NCBI GenBank assembly: GCA_000320545.1 | Contig: ADNK01000773.1 | Location: forward strand, 1-64,000 | Direction of reading: 5' to 3' | DNA: 64,000 bases | Origin: Bigelowiella natans CCMP2755 | Taxonomy: Eukaryota > Protista > Cercozoa | Shown: positions 25,711 through 37,924 of the stretch, in pieces | How the letters are laid out: the number at the start of each line of letters is the position of its first letter | Position numbering within the stretch: position 1 is the stretch's first letter | Program-made: the position numbers and the translations under genes | The notes under the pieces: generated by a model | The model's database searches: none | Seen by the model: the letters and a program-made list of their open reading frames with translations, nothing else | What the model was told of the DNA's origin: nothing

Positions 25711-26000
25711 ATACGTCACATTTCATTCAGATCTAAGATTATCAAAATAGTCATGCATGATCATTTATTCGAGGTAGATTCATTGCGTTTTGAAGCACCA
25801 AAGTCTACGATGCAAAATATTCACAAGAGAAGGGTGTTTTTGATCATCCATCCACAATCTGATGTTCTGGAATTTCGGCATGTAGACGCTCGATTAGAAG
25901 GCGCTTTTATCATAGGGACAAATGATCGTTTAAATTATCCTCCGACCTGTATGAACTGTTGTCGCATCAAATTTTATGTGGTGAATCTTGTTTTATTTAC
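25340..26000 (+). pseudogene. Decayed gene relic with Tyr->Cys/His and Ile->Met conversion
   Basis: Fragments MMDTVILRGLCMHSIAWCPSQ...RQKCAKRRLLEFPRIPLEFIGCDIPVLPDNCLL and MHDHLFEVDSLRF...IHPQSDVLEFRHVDARLEG, separated by stops or frame changes. Confidence 0.45.
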
Positions 26001-26128
26001 ATATTTTTTCTCGAATTTGTTCCTGCACTCCATATAGAGATCGACGGGCTTTCTCGAATTCCCCTCTCCCACCTGGCTTCGATTCAGATCCAGAATAGAA
26101 CAGAGGCTCTCTCTTCCAAAAAAGCAAC

Positions 26129-28695
26129 ATGGCCGCTATCGCTTTTGACATTGGCGACTGCTTTTGCAAGATCGGCGTTGCAAAGTCGAAGACATTAGGG
26201 GTTATGCAGAACCAAGTTGGGAAGCGCAAGACTTCCTCAGTCGTTGCATTCACGCAAGAGAACCGCCTCTTCGATCAGGAGGCGACCGCTCAGGCACTCA
26301 GCAACTCCAAGAATACCTGCACAAGTTTCAAGAGCCTTATCGGGAAAAAATTTAACGATCCAGACGTGCAAAAAGAGAAACCGTTTGTGAAGCAGGCTAT
26401 GCAGGAAACGAAGGATGGTGGACTGGGCTTGCAAGTGAAATACCTCGGGAAAAACACGGTTGTAACTCCAACGCAAGTTGCAGCATCTTTGATGGTTTTC
26501 CTGAAGGAGCAGGCAGAGAAGGGCTTGGATTCTAAACTCCCAGAATGTGTGATTGGGTGCCCACCGTATTGGACTGAGGTTGAGCGCCTTGCCTTTCTTG
26601 ATGCAGCTAAACTGGCTGGAATCAATGTCTCTCGCCTTATGAATGAAACCACAGCAGTAGCACTTGACTATGGTATCAACCTTGAACTTGCAGAAAACTC
26701 TTCGAAGAAAAGTATTTTCATTGACGTTGGGCATTCAAGCGTAAATGTGTGTGCTGTTGAATTCTGGAGGAAGACAGGTCGTGTAGCTGGTTTGAAGGTT
26801 CTATCAACTGCATCAGCCCCAGGAATTGGTGGACGCTCTTTCAGCCAAATTCTTTTCAAATATTTTGCGGAACAGATAAAGAGCAAATATAAGCTTGACG
26901 TGTCCACAAACCAAAAAGCCATGTCAAAGCTCGCTCGAACGTGCGAGAAAATTAAGACCAACCTGACAGCCAATAATAAGGTTCCTTTTGGTATCGAGTA
27001 CTTAATGAATGACCAAGATGTTTCGGGTTCTATTGACAGAAAAGACTTCGAGTCTGCCGCCCAACCAATTTTGACTCAGATGATGGTTCCAATCAAAAAG
27101 GTTCTCGAAGAAACTGGGCTCACCGCCTCAGATTTGAGCACTGTTGAAGCAGTAGGTGGAGGATGTAGAATACCATGTGTGAAGAAAGCTATTAAAGAAT
27201 TCGTGGGAAAAGAACTTTCATTTCACTGCGATGCAGACGAATCATGTGCGAAAGGGCTTGTGCTTCAGGCTGCAATGCTGAGTCCTTCATTCCGAACCCG
27301 TGAATATCAGGTGGTGGATATCTGCCAACAGGCAATTGAGGTTGCATGGGGACCTATGAATGGGGATGAGGAAGATAAGACTCTTGTATTCGGAGCTAAG
27401 AATTCAATTCCAAGTACGAAGTTAATTTCGTTCAACGAGCGCACTCAACCTTTCAGATTATCGGCCCGATATGTTCAACCCCCCCCTGGAGTGGCAGCAG
27501 AGCTCGCAAATTTTACTGTTACGGGATTTCCAAAAAAGCTCGTTGGAGAGAAAGCAAAAGTTAAGGTGTGGATGAAATTAAATATTCACGGAACTGTAGA
27601 AATCGCAAATGCACAGTTGGTCGAGACCCTTCCTGTAGAAGAAGAACCAGCTATGGAAGTAGAAACCCCTGATGAGACTAAAAAGGAAGAAGAAAAGAAG
27701 GAAGAGGCTAAGAAGGACGAGGCTAAGAAGGACGAATCAAAGAAAGAGGAGGAAAAAAAGGAAGAAGCTGCAACAGATAAAGAACCCAAAGCGGAAGGTG
27801 GTGCCGAGAAAAAGGAGAAAAAGCCCAAGAAAAAGTATCATAGGACAGAGTTAAAGATCGCGAGCAGCAACCTTGCTCTCAGTGCCGATGATTACAAGAT
27901 GTTGGAACAAATTGAAGCAGAGATGTCCAACACAGATAGACTCGTCCTTGAAACTCAGGCACTGCGTAACGATTTAGAACAATACGTACTTGAAATGCGA
28001 GGTAAAGTCAGGGGGGAGTTGAAGAGTTACCTCTCCCCGGAGGCTAGCACTAAATTCCTCGAAGAGCTCCAAAATGCGGAATATTGGATTGAAGATGAAG
28101 GATGGGATGCTCAGAAGAGCACATTAAAGAAAAAACTTAATGAGTTGAAGGTAACTGGGGATCCTATATTTCAACGGCAATACGAGTACACCAACGGGAC
28201 AGAACTTATTAATCGTTTGAAAACGACCATAGGGAAGTATAGACAACTTGCTTCTTCCAAGGATGAAAAATACGCACACATTGAGTCGAAAGACATGGAG
28301 TCTATTGTGACAAAGTGCAATGATTTTGACAATTGGGCAACCGACATGGCAGTGAAATTTGGAAATGCCAAAAGGTATGAAAACCCTCCCATTTTGTGCT
28401 CTGCAATCAAAGCGAAACAGAAGGAGCTAGTCGACTTTGCTCAGCCAATTCTGTCAAAGCCTAAACCTCAACCGAAGAAGGAAGAGAAAAAAGGTAATTT
28501 AGCTTAAAATGTTTCATTCGATAAAATCTCATAACTATTTAATTGGTTACAGAAGAAGCGAAAGAGGAGGGTAAGAAAGAAGAAGCAAAAAAGGAAGAGG
28601 CAAAGGCTGACGGTGATAAGATGGAGGAAGAAAAATCTGGTGAAGAGAAATCTGGTGAAGAGGCGAAAAAGGAAGAAGAAATGGATCTTGATTAG
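26129..28695 (+). CDS. Hsp110 (HSPA4/Sse1-type Hsp70-family nucleotide-exchange factor); exons 26129-28493 and 28553-28695
   Basis: Hsp70 ATPase motifs (AFDIG, RLMNETTAVALDYG, IDVGHSS, VEAVGGGCRIP, ADESCAKG), acidic/Lys loop, RNDLEQYV, KYAHI. A 59-nt GT-AG intron restores the Hsp110-type C-terminus EEMDLD*. Confidence 0.93.
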
Positions 28696-28759
28696 AGAGT
28701 GAACTTTCATGTGCGTTGGAAGTACATTAAAGTGATAACATTGTTAAAATCTATACCTC

Positions 28760-29700
28760 TGAAGAATGTGCGATTGCTTGTGCATGCCTAGATGCATTGC
28801 AAACACTGAAGAGATTATTGAGTTAATCCTTCATTGCAATTTAGCAAACATGCACAACATTCGCTTTGCATTTGTAACATTTGCATGTGTGCATGGACAC
28901 GCTACATGGACACTCACAGATAGATGCAACAGGTGCTTCCACCACACCCTAGCACCGATTAGCTGCGATTGGGGGATTCCTCATCTAGTCTTATATACTA
29001 GTTTAGCAGTGCATGGCAAGGCTGGGTGCCAAGCTAGCAGGTAATTGCACGGGCCCGATCTGGCGTTGCATGAATGACGGCAATCATCAAACTCTGAACT
29101 GCTACGAACTAGAGTTGTACGTGAGTCAGCTAGTCCATGAGTGAAGCTAGAATGTCAAGGCTGCATGCAGCGCAAACAAAACCAACGTGACGAAGCGGCG
29201 GCCGGAGAGGCGGTGCGGTGCGTCGTTAAGGCATGCTGCTAGCATGCGCGCGCTCATCTAGCTCATGCGCAGCAACACAGCAAGCAAACAAAATGACAGA
29301 ATGAAAAATTTCGAGTAGTTGTTGTTCTTAAGCGCGGCCAACTGTGATCTAGTGATTCCATGCTAGCGTACGTAGCGCTTGCATCCTAGCATCGTGACGT
29401 CACTCAGTCGTCGCGCTGACGTACCTCTGCTGCGCGATCTATCTAGCTAGCTAGCTAGGCTGGTATTCCGCGCTGAGTGCATGCATGTTTGTCTAGTTGT
29501 GCATGACGCCACCATTTGCCCGGCAGCATGCAGTAGCCACATACTAGACATACAGCAGCGCGTGGACAGCGTGCACAGTCTAGCATTGCTATAGCATGCA
29601 TAATGCATGCATGCAAGGCATATTATGACAGCATGAGCAACGGCCAAAGTCTAGAACCAAGTCATAAACAAAGCTAGATAGAAAGTCAGGTTGAGCGCGT
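28760..29700. other. CTAG-enriched convergent intergenic tract
   Basis: About 22 CTAG in ~900 bp, including (CTAG)4 at 29443-29458, with abundant TGCA/CATG. Confidence 0.8.
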
Positions 29701-29757
29701 ACGTTACGTTTGTTGACAAATCATGAATGAACGCGCATCATCTGATCGTAATAATAA

Positions 29758-31338
29758 TTAAATCGGCGTACACGCGGCAACTGGGACATAATATTTCACG
29801 TAGCAATTTCCGTCGCTGAATTCTCGCGCCCTTTTGTTCCGGCTGGATGTCTTGACAAGAACGGTCACTCGCTTTGTTACACGGTTGACTCTTCCCTCTA
29901 ATGTTTTCCCATCGATCTGAAAACTTACCATAGCACCCCCAACTATTCCTGCGTTTCCTGCTTCCTCCCAGGGCGTTACTAGATCATGACGAAAGTGTGT
30001 ATGCCCAAATATATTCCTAGCTGCCATTTGAAAAAGAGGTCCATGGTGATTCCTTCCATCCCCATCGCTTGGTATACCATCGCAAAATAAAATTATGTGG
30101 ACCATTTCATGCTCAATTATACGTAGCATTGCTTCGAGGCGATCTTCACATTTGAGGCCGTTCACGGTTATTTTCCTTGAACTTTCAGTGCCGAAACTTC
30201 GAGAAAGTAAGAATGATGAAATCGCCAGAGAGTGGTAACGAGGTTTCCTTGAATCTGTCATCACATGGCCTGCGGTTTGTGTCATTTTAGGAGCGACTCG
30301 AAAGGATACTTTTCTTCCTTCCTCGACAATCAGACGCTTCAAGTATCCATCTATAAAATGATAATCGATGATTTCGAATGCCTTTTGAATTATTGAAGCT
30401 TTTAAGGAGCGGAAATTCCCACTTTTTGGAATCCGGCATTTGGCCACAAGAGCTTCCCGCACCTTCTGCTGCCTTTGAACCACATCTTTTCGCGTTCTCT
30501 TCTTACGCATCATTTGCAATACAATAGAAGCTGCAGTCTTCTCCTGCGATTGTCGTGTAGGTCTTACACCTCTCTGACTCTTCCCTCCTACTATTGAAGG
30601 CGCTTGTGCGGGTTTTATATCTATGAATTTCGAAGGAATTTTTCGGAGGCGTCGTAATTTCTTTCTTCCTTTGGTTAATGAGGATGCTGAGGAGGAATTG
30701 ATAAGAGGCTCCAGATATGATTCGCTGTCAGAGTTCGAATCGCTGTCAGAGTCGATTATGAACTTTCTCTCTGACTTCTTGACATCTTTCGAAATATTAT
30801 TAACATTAAGAGACTTCAGGTCTCTAGGTGATTCCAAACCAGATCTATGAGATGTTCTTTTTTCATCCTTCCTATTTCGCACTTGGTGCTTGATCGACCC
30901 AAGCTCCGAGGATTCGGAGTCAGAATCCGAATCTATGATGATACGGCGACGGGAAAGGCGTAGCTTTTTCACTGGCGTAGGTGGTACGTGTATATCTAAT
31001 CTCCTCAGCTTCCTTTTAGCTTTTTGAATCATGATCTCTTTTGAGTTATGCAAAAGGCGAGTGATCGGGAGGCGGTCGCCGTTCTCCTGCTCTTCGGACG
31101 AGCCTGACGCCGGCAATCGCTGTATTTTTATCAAATTACCTTCTAATTTAATATACGTCAATGCATAAATGATGTCGTATAGACAGATCGTGCCTATACA
31201 CGGGATGAGAAAAGGACTTGATTGTCGCAGGAGTAAAGTGGCATGGTTCCCAGAATTTGCTTCAACAAACCCCAGGCGACTTTTTAATTTCAATAATTGC
31301 CGGTAGCTCATAGGAGAAAATTGTGTGGTGGGAAACAT
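29758..31338 (-). CDS. SprT-like zinc metallopeptidase-domain protein with basic/acidic low-complexity N-half
   Basis: 526-aa ORF with KMTQTAG, IIEHEMVH (HExxH), HHGPLF and a C-terminal GRVNRVTKRVTVLV...KYYVP module. The true start may be ATG 31310. Confidence 0.8.
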   Translation of the reverse strand: MFPTTQFSPMSYRQLLKLKSRLGFVEANSGNHATLLLRQSSPFLIPCIGTICLYDIIYALTYIKLEGNLIKIQRLPASGSSEEQENGDRLPITRLLHNSKEIMIQKAKRKLRRLDIHVPPTPVKKLRLSRRRIIIDSDSDSESSELGSIKHQVRNRKDEKRTSHRSGLESPRDLKSLNVNNISKDVKKSERKFIIDSDSDSNSDSESYLEPLINSSSASSLTKGRKKLRRLRKIPSKFIDIKPAQAPSIVGGKSQRGVRPTRQSQEKTAASIVLQMMRKKRTRKDVVQRQQKVREALVAKCRIPKSGNFRSLKASIIQKAFEIIDYHFIDGYLKRLIVEEGRKVSFRVAPKMTQTAGHVMTDSRKPRYHSLAISSFLLSRSFGTESSRKITVNGLKCEDRLEAMLRIIEHEMVHIILFCDGIPSDGDGRNHHGPLFQMAARNIFGHTHFRHDLVTPWEEAGNAGIVGGAMVSFQIDGKTLEGRVNRVTKRVTVLVKTSSRNKRAREFSDGNCYVKYYVPVAACTPI

Positions 31339-31685
31339 AAAACTATCTTTATTGGATAGTTTTTGTATTGTGCGACAAACAAGAAAAGCGATTTTTATGC
31401 TATCATCGGCTTGTTATTTGACCAAAATTGCGTCTGCTGGTCTTATTCTACGAGTGTGGAGGACGACAGGTGTGGTGTACATGAGGTCGCGCAAAGGGGG
31501 GGTTGTTTCGATTAGCTAAAAGCAAATGTGAGGTTTTAATAGCGCTTTGGAAATATTGGGATTACACATAATTAGAGCCTTAAGGCTATTGAAGCCAACA
31601 ATTTTATTTCTTGAAACTTATGAGTCCAACCCAACAAAGTAGGGTCTATTTATTTACGCAACAACCACCATGTATCTGTGCAGCC

Positions 31686-32342
31686 ATGGAATCGTATCAC
31701 TCCTTCGGAAACGAAAAACGAACGGGAAGAATGACGAAGTCTGTCGTTGCTTTCACGCTGGTCGCACTCATGGGACTCTGTGCGTTGGTATACGGTAAAT
31801 GAAATTTCAAGAATTGAGTGGAATAGTTATTGACATCAACCGAATAATTTTAAGGCTTATCCTCTCCACGCAACGTTGGAATGAGAATGATGACGAACGT
31901 TGCTCCTTCGATCAACGTAGCACCATCTACGAGCCTGATGACACGTAAGTATCATGCCGTAATTTATGTACACCCAAACGACTGATCAGACGTAATGAAT
32001 TAAAGGCAATCTTGATTCGGAAACTGCCGTTAACATGAGGCACAAAAGTGGATTCAAAAGATTAGGAAGACCTCAAGATCAACGTAAAGCTCTCATTCGT
32101 GGACTCGTCACTGAGGTATAGCGCTTGATACCAAGGAGAGTTTGTACTGAAGATGCGACAAATATATAATTGGAATTACGTTATCCGACTTATCACAGGT
32201 TCTTCGTCATGGGCGCATTACAACAACTACAGTACGAGCAAAGGCTATCAGAAGATACGTCGACAAAATGATTGGCCTAGCAAAAAGAGGTATATTATGT
32301 AACTCCACATGTACGAAGTTTATGCTAAAATATGTCTGTCTC

Positions 32343-32392
<50 letters not shown>

Positions 32393-32864
32393 AAAAAGCA
32401 GACATATGTGAACAAATAAATGCATGAATTATACAAAAGCCAAAAATATATATAACGTTTATGTAATACAAGTTCTGAGGTAGGCGCAAATTTCATTCAA
32501 ATCTTAGTCCTTACATTTACATCACACACGAATACACACACTGGATAATATCTTAAGTAATTTTATATGTTGTGTGTGCTGTCTTCATTTTGAGTCGTAC
32601 CACATAAAAAATTTACATAGTCTAGTGCCCTCTACTAGTTCTTGCTTCATTATTAATTTCGATTTGTTTGTTAAATCATCAGGCGATCTCCATGCTCGCC
32701 GCCAGGCATACGCCTTCATTTACGATAAGGAACTTGTGAAGAACCTTTTCATTGAAGCACCAAAACGCTACAGCGATCGTCCTGGAGGATACACCCGGGT
32801 TAAGAAGGAACTCCTTCCAAGACGTGGTGATAATGCGGAGCTGTCATACATCGAGCTCGTTTAA
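31686..32864 (+). CDS. rpl17: Nucleus-encoded plastid 50S ribosomal protein L17 (5 exons, bipartite leader)
   Basis: Signal [17 protein letters not shown] plus transit peptide, then [27 protein letters not shown]|[30 protein letters not shown]|GDLHARRQA...[12 protein letters not shown]...[14 protein letters not shown]. Confidence 0.95.
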
Positions 32865-33189
32865 TCTTGCGACGATGCCTCCTAATGGTTTCTGCATTCT
32901 AGCATGTGTACGCAATGATCATCATTCTAGATTTTGCAGCTCACTAAACGGCAACTAATATGGGTATTTTGAAGGTGACATACGTTTTTAGCTGATTCTA
33001 AAGATTATTCAACTTTCCACAATTTGATGTAAATGTTAAGAGGCGGTATCATCCCCGGCAAAAATACAAAATAGTTGGAACGCAGGCTTATGTTTATGTA
33101 CTGTCTGACATAATGACGTGTTAATCGCACTGCGAGCTTGTGTGTAACCTCATTTTCACTAAATAACTTCGCAAGCCGCAGCCACAACT

Positions 33190-34420
33190 ATGTATGCCTA
33201 GATGACATGCAACATGCAACCTAGACATTTAGCACATGTATCCGCCCGCATTGTATACCTACTACCCATAGCTCTGCGACGCAGCTGTGTACTGGATTGG
33301 AACATACTGCCGGTTTCTACACACAACAAAACTTGCAACAGTATGTGTAGTATGTGTACGGCTACGCCATGCTAGCATGCTAGCAGCCTGATCGACCGGC
33401 CCATCTAGATAGCCATGCATGTACGATACGCATCTGTGGTCGATCGGGCAGCCGATAACATCTAGTATAGCTAGACAGCTCTGAGCTAGATAGCGCTACT
33501 GCATGATCGTGTGGTCTAGTGGTCAGCTACACGGCTCAGGCCTTCGATCTACGCTAGCGAGCCCGCCAGAGCTTGCTGTTGTTGTGCGCATGTCGAGTGC
33601 CTAGTATGTGCATGGCATGATGTAAGATACATGACAAGATGATTAGCTGCGCTACGCTAGATGAGACGGATATGATGAATATCTCTAGATCTAGGTGCGT
33701 ATCTCAATACTCATCCTACCCAAGCCTAATGGTAGCTATGATGTGTGTGATGCGCACATGTTTATTAGAAAGGCTTGCTAGCTTGTTCCATTCCATCAAT
33801 AAGAAACACCATGCTAACATGTGGTAGAATAGTAGATAGGCATCCTAGCACATGCTAGCATGGTGTACCTGCTGCTAGACAGGCTATGTTAGATGCGGCA
33901 CATAGCAATGCTTTTTAATTGTTATTACCATTGCCAGGTTGCGCTGCATGCGCGATGCGCCGCTTTCTGTCTAGCTGTGCGCATGCCGATGTCTAGACGT
34001 GTACGTTATTAACCACCGTCTTTGCTCCTTTATACCTTCAGGCTCCGGTGGCATGCTGCTAGCGTGCATGCTACACGATGCTGCATGTAAAAAGAAGCTG
34101 GCGGAGGCCGGCACATCTAGTTGATGTGTGAGCCGACATCAAATTTGAGATTTGTACGATGTTAGCTGTTGGTGTTGCCTAGCCTGACGATGCATGCTGT
34201 AAGGTAAACGTAACATGCGTTGTCGTCGCTTGCATGTCACATGTACTAGTGTAGACAATACTCGAAGCATCTCACGAAGTATGTGTACCATAGCTATGGA
34301 TTATATGATGTATGTGTGGAGATCAAAGCAAGACACAATAGCACCAGCCATATCTAAACAATACATGCACGCGCGCACGGCTTAGCATCAATCATGAGCA
34401 CAGTTAATCACTATGTCTAG
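33190..34420. other. CTAG-enriched convergent intergenic tract
   Basis: About 25 CTAG in ~1230 bp, against ~5 expected at uniform composition. Confidence 0.8.
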
Positions 34421-34483
34421 ATGTAGTGTCAATTAAAACACATATACACAAAGATGTAATAACGAAATCATTTGCTTTACCGA

Positions 34484-36646
34484 TCAGTTTTTGGCAAAGC
34501 GTATGTAGAAGCTGTAAAAACTTGCATATTCTGATAGTCTTTCTCCAGAGGATCTTCTCCACTTAAGGTGACCGTAGCTTTGGACACCTGATAAATACTC
34601 CTTCAAAATTCTGGGTATCCCACCGAAGTGCATTATTGTACTGACGTTGTAGGTTGAGAAGAAGTCTGGGTGACGTTCACTATTCGTGGACCGAACCGAG
34701 AGACCTGCCTCCCCCATTGTTTCGATGTACCTTTTCAGTAATACCATATATGTAAGGAAGCACTGACATAGCGACAGGAAGATTAGCATCTGCTTACATG
34801 TGTTGCAACAGCCCGAAGTCAGTGGGAAAGAAGATGTCGGCGGTTCCCTGATCCACCAAGTAGGTGTCCATATCACGAGTCTCTCCTCGTCTACTTAGAT
34901 CATCAGCTACAAAAAAATGCTCAGTGTTACCAACAAGTGATTGTTATCCAATATATGAGACAGATAATTTTTATATCCTCTGAATTTATGGTTATGGATA
35001 AAAGAAGTGATGTTTTCTGCTTGAAAAGCAGCATTGCACATGCTAACCGCCACGGCCTCCGCTGGTACTAGATCTATTACTCTTACTACAACACTAAGGG
35101 TGTTGAAGTTCAGAAGATTCTATACTAATAGCACAAATTGTAATTTTGTAACATGACGCAGCCTTTTTCTAAAAGCTCAGCTAAAAATGAATAGACAATC
35201 GGTGTTCTGATTGAAAGCATACTTGAAATTGGATATATATACCTATTTTCTGCGCGACCACTGGGGAGTTCACCGCATCGGATATCTAGCATGAAAACAA
35301 CAGATGATACATGATAGATGGCCTGTGCGGAAAACACAATGCAATGGGGAATCTATCTGTAATAACTACTTTGCCGGGAAGGAAATCGAAGTCTGCAAGA
35401 AGCAAGTGGTGTGAAGGAAAGGCCTTCGATATAGACGAGAGCATCATCACGCAGCCCGACGGCACAAATACCTTAACATAATACATTTTCGGTTCTGCAC
35501 TGGTTTATTTGTCATCACTAGAAAACTTTTTAGCTGACTCGGGTAAATACAGTAAGGAATACAGACCAACATTAGTTACCTCAGTAGGCGCTCCAAACGC
35601 TGCCTCCCATGCTGCTGCCATGTTTCCCTCTATCCACTGCACCCAACCAGTGCCGTTACCACCACCTCCTGCAAGAAATAAGCCGAGGAAGAACATGATC
35701 CAGATAAATCCGAAATGATGATTCACCGCGGAATGGGTTTCTGCACACATATCATTAAAGAGATTTTAGGCTGCTGCAGCGATGACAACCTGAGGTTTGC
35801 TGTGCAGTGCTTATTCCAACTCCTGCGTTTTCCTCATAATCGAAGAGAAGCGAAGTGGCGCGCGCTACAACAGGATCAGATAGCGGTAAGTGCTTTTCGA
35901 AGAAAGTCCGTGACCCTTCCCTTGCTGCAGATGATGACAGCGACGATGAGGCAGCAGCGTTGGAGTCCCCAGGAATGCGGCTGTATACGTGGGTTTGCAA
36001 CACTCCCCCCTTTTCCAAGAAATAAAAAGTCGATTGGTGCAAAGGAGAATGCTACATATATTGCAGGGGGGATGTGGATAGATATGGGCAGCTCGCTAGA
36101 TTTTATCTTTATCTCCATCATACCTCTGCACTCGTTGCAATTTTGTCGTGCACTAGGTTGTCCAACAGCTCCAGACCAATTATGAAAGGTGTCTTCATTA
36201 TTTCCAATACCGGCATTGTAAGTTGCGGTCAGCATCGATTAGGGTTTCAACAGTCAACATTCGCTGCAGCAGCAGCAGCAGCAGCATCTTAAGCACACGG
36301 ATAATTCGCTGCGAAAGCTGTTTTGGACACATTGCATTGATTGAACATGGTTTGAGACCGTCTGAGGAGGCAAGTTGGCAAGGTGGTGATGCAAGTCCCA
36401 TGACGGAGCTAAGAGCTGAACGCATCGATCCCTGTGCTCGTCAAGCTTCTGTTAAATAATTGTTGCACGCAGAAACAAGCACCCAAAACGAATAAAACAG
36501 CCAAGTAAACAACGAGGAGGAGAGGCAGTTCCAGCAAAACTTGTGACCTCAAATTGGAGTTGAGACAGCCGTTTGGAGATATCGACAGTGATGTAGTAAC
36601 TTCGGCCATACCTGACAGGGCAGCGTCGTTACATGACCAAGGACGA

Positions 36647-36683
<37 letters not shown>

Positions 36684-37924
36684 TGCGCTTGTGTAGATAT
36701 TAATAACAAAACTCAGAAAGAAATTACAGTTCCGGTTGTGCGTTCTTCAAGTAATCCAATACGCTTTTTGCTAGTGTACCATTCCCTTTTGTTCGAGACA
36801 CCAATACAAGAAAGTATCCAAGGTGGTGATAAATGCTCAAGTCCATCAGAAACATGATCACTCTACTCCTACTACAACTACGACTACCTGCACCAATCTC
36901 GACAATAACCAAATCGTCGTTTGACTAAGTAGGGTGGATAGTAAAAGCAAAGGGCAATACGTTTGTAAATCTACATTGAAGATAACCTTGATCTAAAGGA
37001 ATATATGAGAAAGGCGTATGGCTAGCTTATCTACAAGCTTCCCCCAGGCTGTGCTCGAAGTTAGCATTGGGCGGTGTAGGTACCTCTTTCGCCTTCGATC
37101 TAATGTCCATAATCCAATGAACGACAGCTTGACCATACCTTTAGGAGAATTTCAAAAGGAGGGTAACTTTTCTATATTCTGTGGATCGATCGTTCCTTCC
37201 AACTAACTTCCTTCGCATGTATTAATGTATAAATGTGTATATGGGGGTAGACAGGCAATGTAGTACCACGGCTGGAAAATCTCAACTGGTGTCGTCCAGC
37301 CCTCGATGCCCTTTTCATATCAACAATGAGGAGAACTCAATTTAAACGACGGAAAATCTCAGTTTGTTGCGGCATTCCTATTATTAAAGGTCACAGTCAT
37401 AGAGATACATCATAGTAGAGTTGCTTCAGCGCTGCGTGGTATTCTCCCATTCCGCTCATTTTCTGACGTATAATATCAAGATTTATTCAAAGAAACGAAA
37501 ATGACAGGGCAAAAGTATCTTATATATTCTGGAAAGAATCTCTGTACGTTAAATTTGAGGGGCTCCACGGGTGTGTTGATGCATTCCTGAGCGTTGAAGT
37601 AGCCTCTAACGAACAATAATGATATTTATTACTTGGCCGGTATGCCGTTTAAAGGAAGAAGCTTGTGACTTACTTCTCCTCATCGTATAATTCTTTTGAA
37701 ATGAATTCCCGGACAAGCTCTCCACTTCCATAATTATTCTTCAGTCGATCCAAATCAGAGTGGAGCACTCCTACACGGCTCTGGTGGGAGTCTCTTCCAG
37801 CTGCCTTCACGCCATCAAACCAACTCCTAGAAGCAGAAACTGAGAAACACCTTACTTTCGCCGCCACTGCCTTTTCTCTATTGGTCACAGCAGCTACTCC
37901 TGACTGCAGGGTTCTTTTAAGCAT
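34484..37924 (-). CDS. NDUFAF7/MidA-family SAM-dependent methyltransferase, mitochondrial presequence, multi-exon
   Basis: MLKRTLQ...RCFSVSASR leader; LVREFISKELYDEE|RGYFN; WTTPVEIFQPWY; IVEIG; GNGTLAKSVLDYL; YITVDISKRL; FPSHHLLLADFDFLP; YLVDQGTADIFFPTDF. The 3' end is approximate. Confidence 0.85.
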
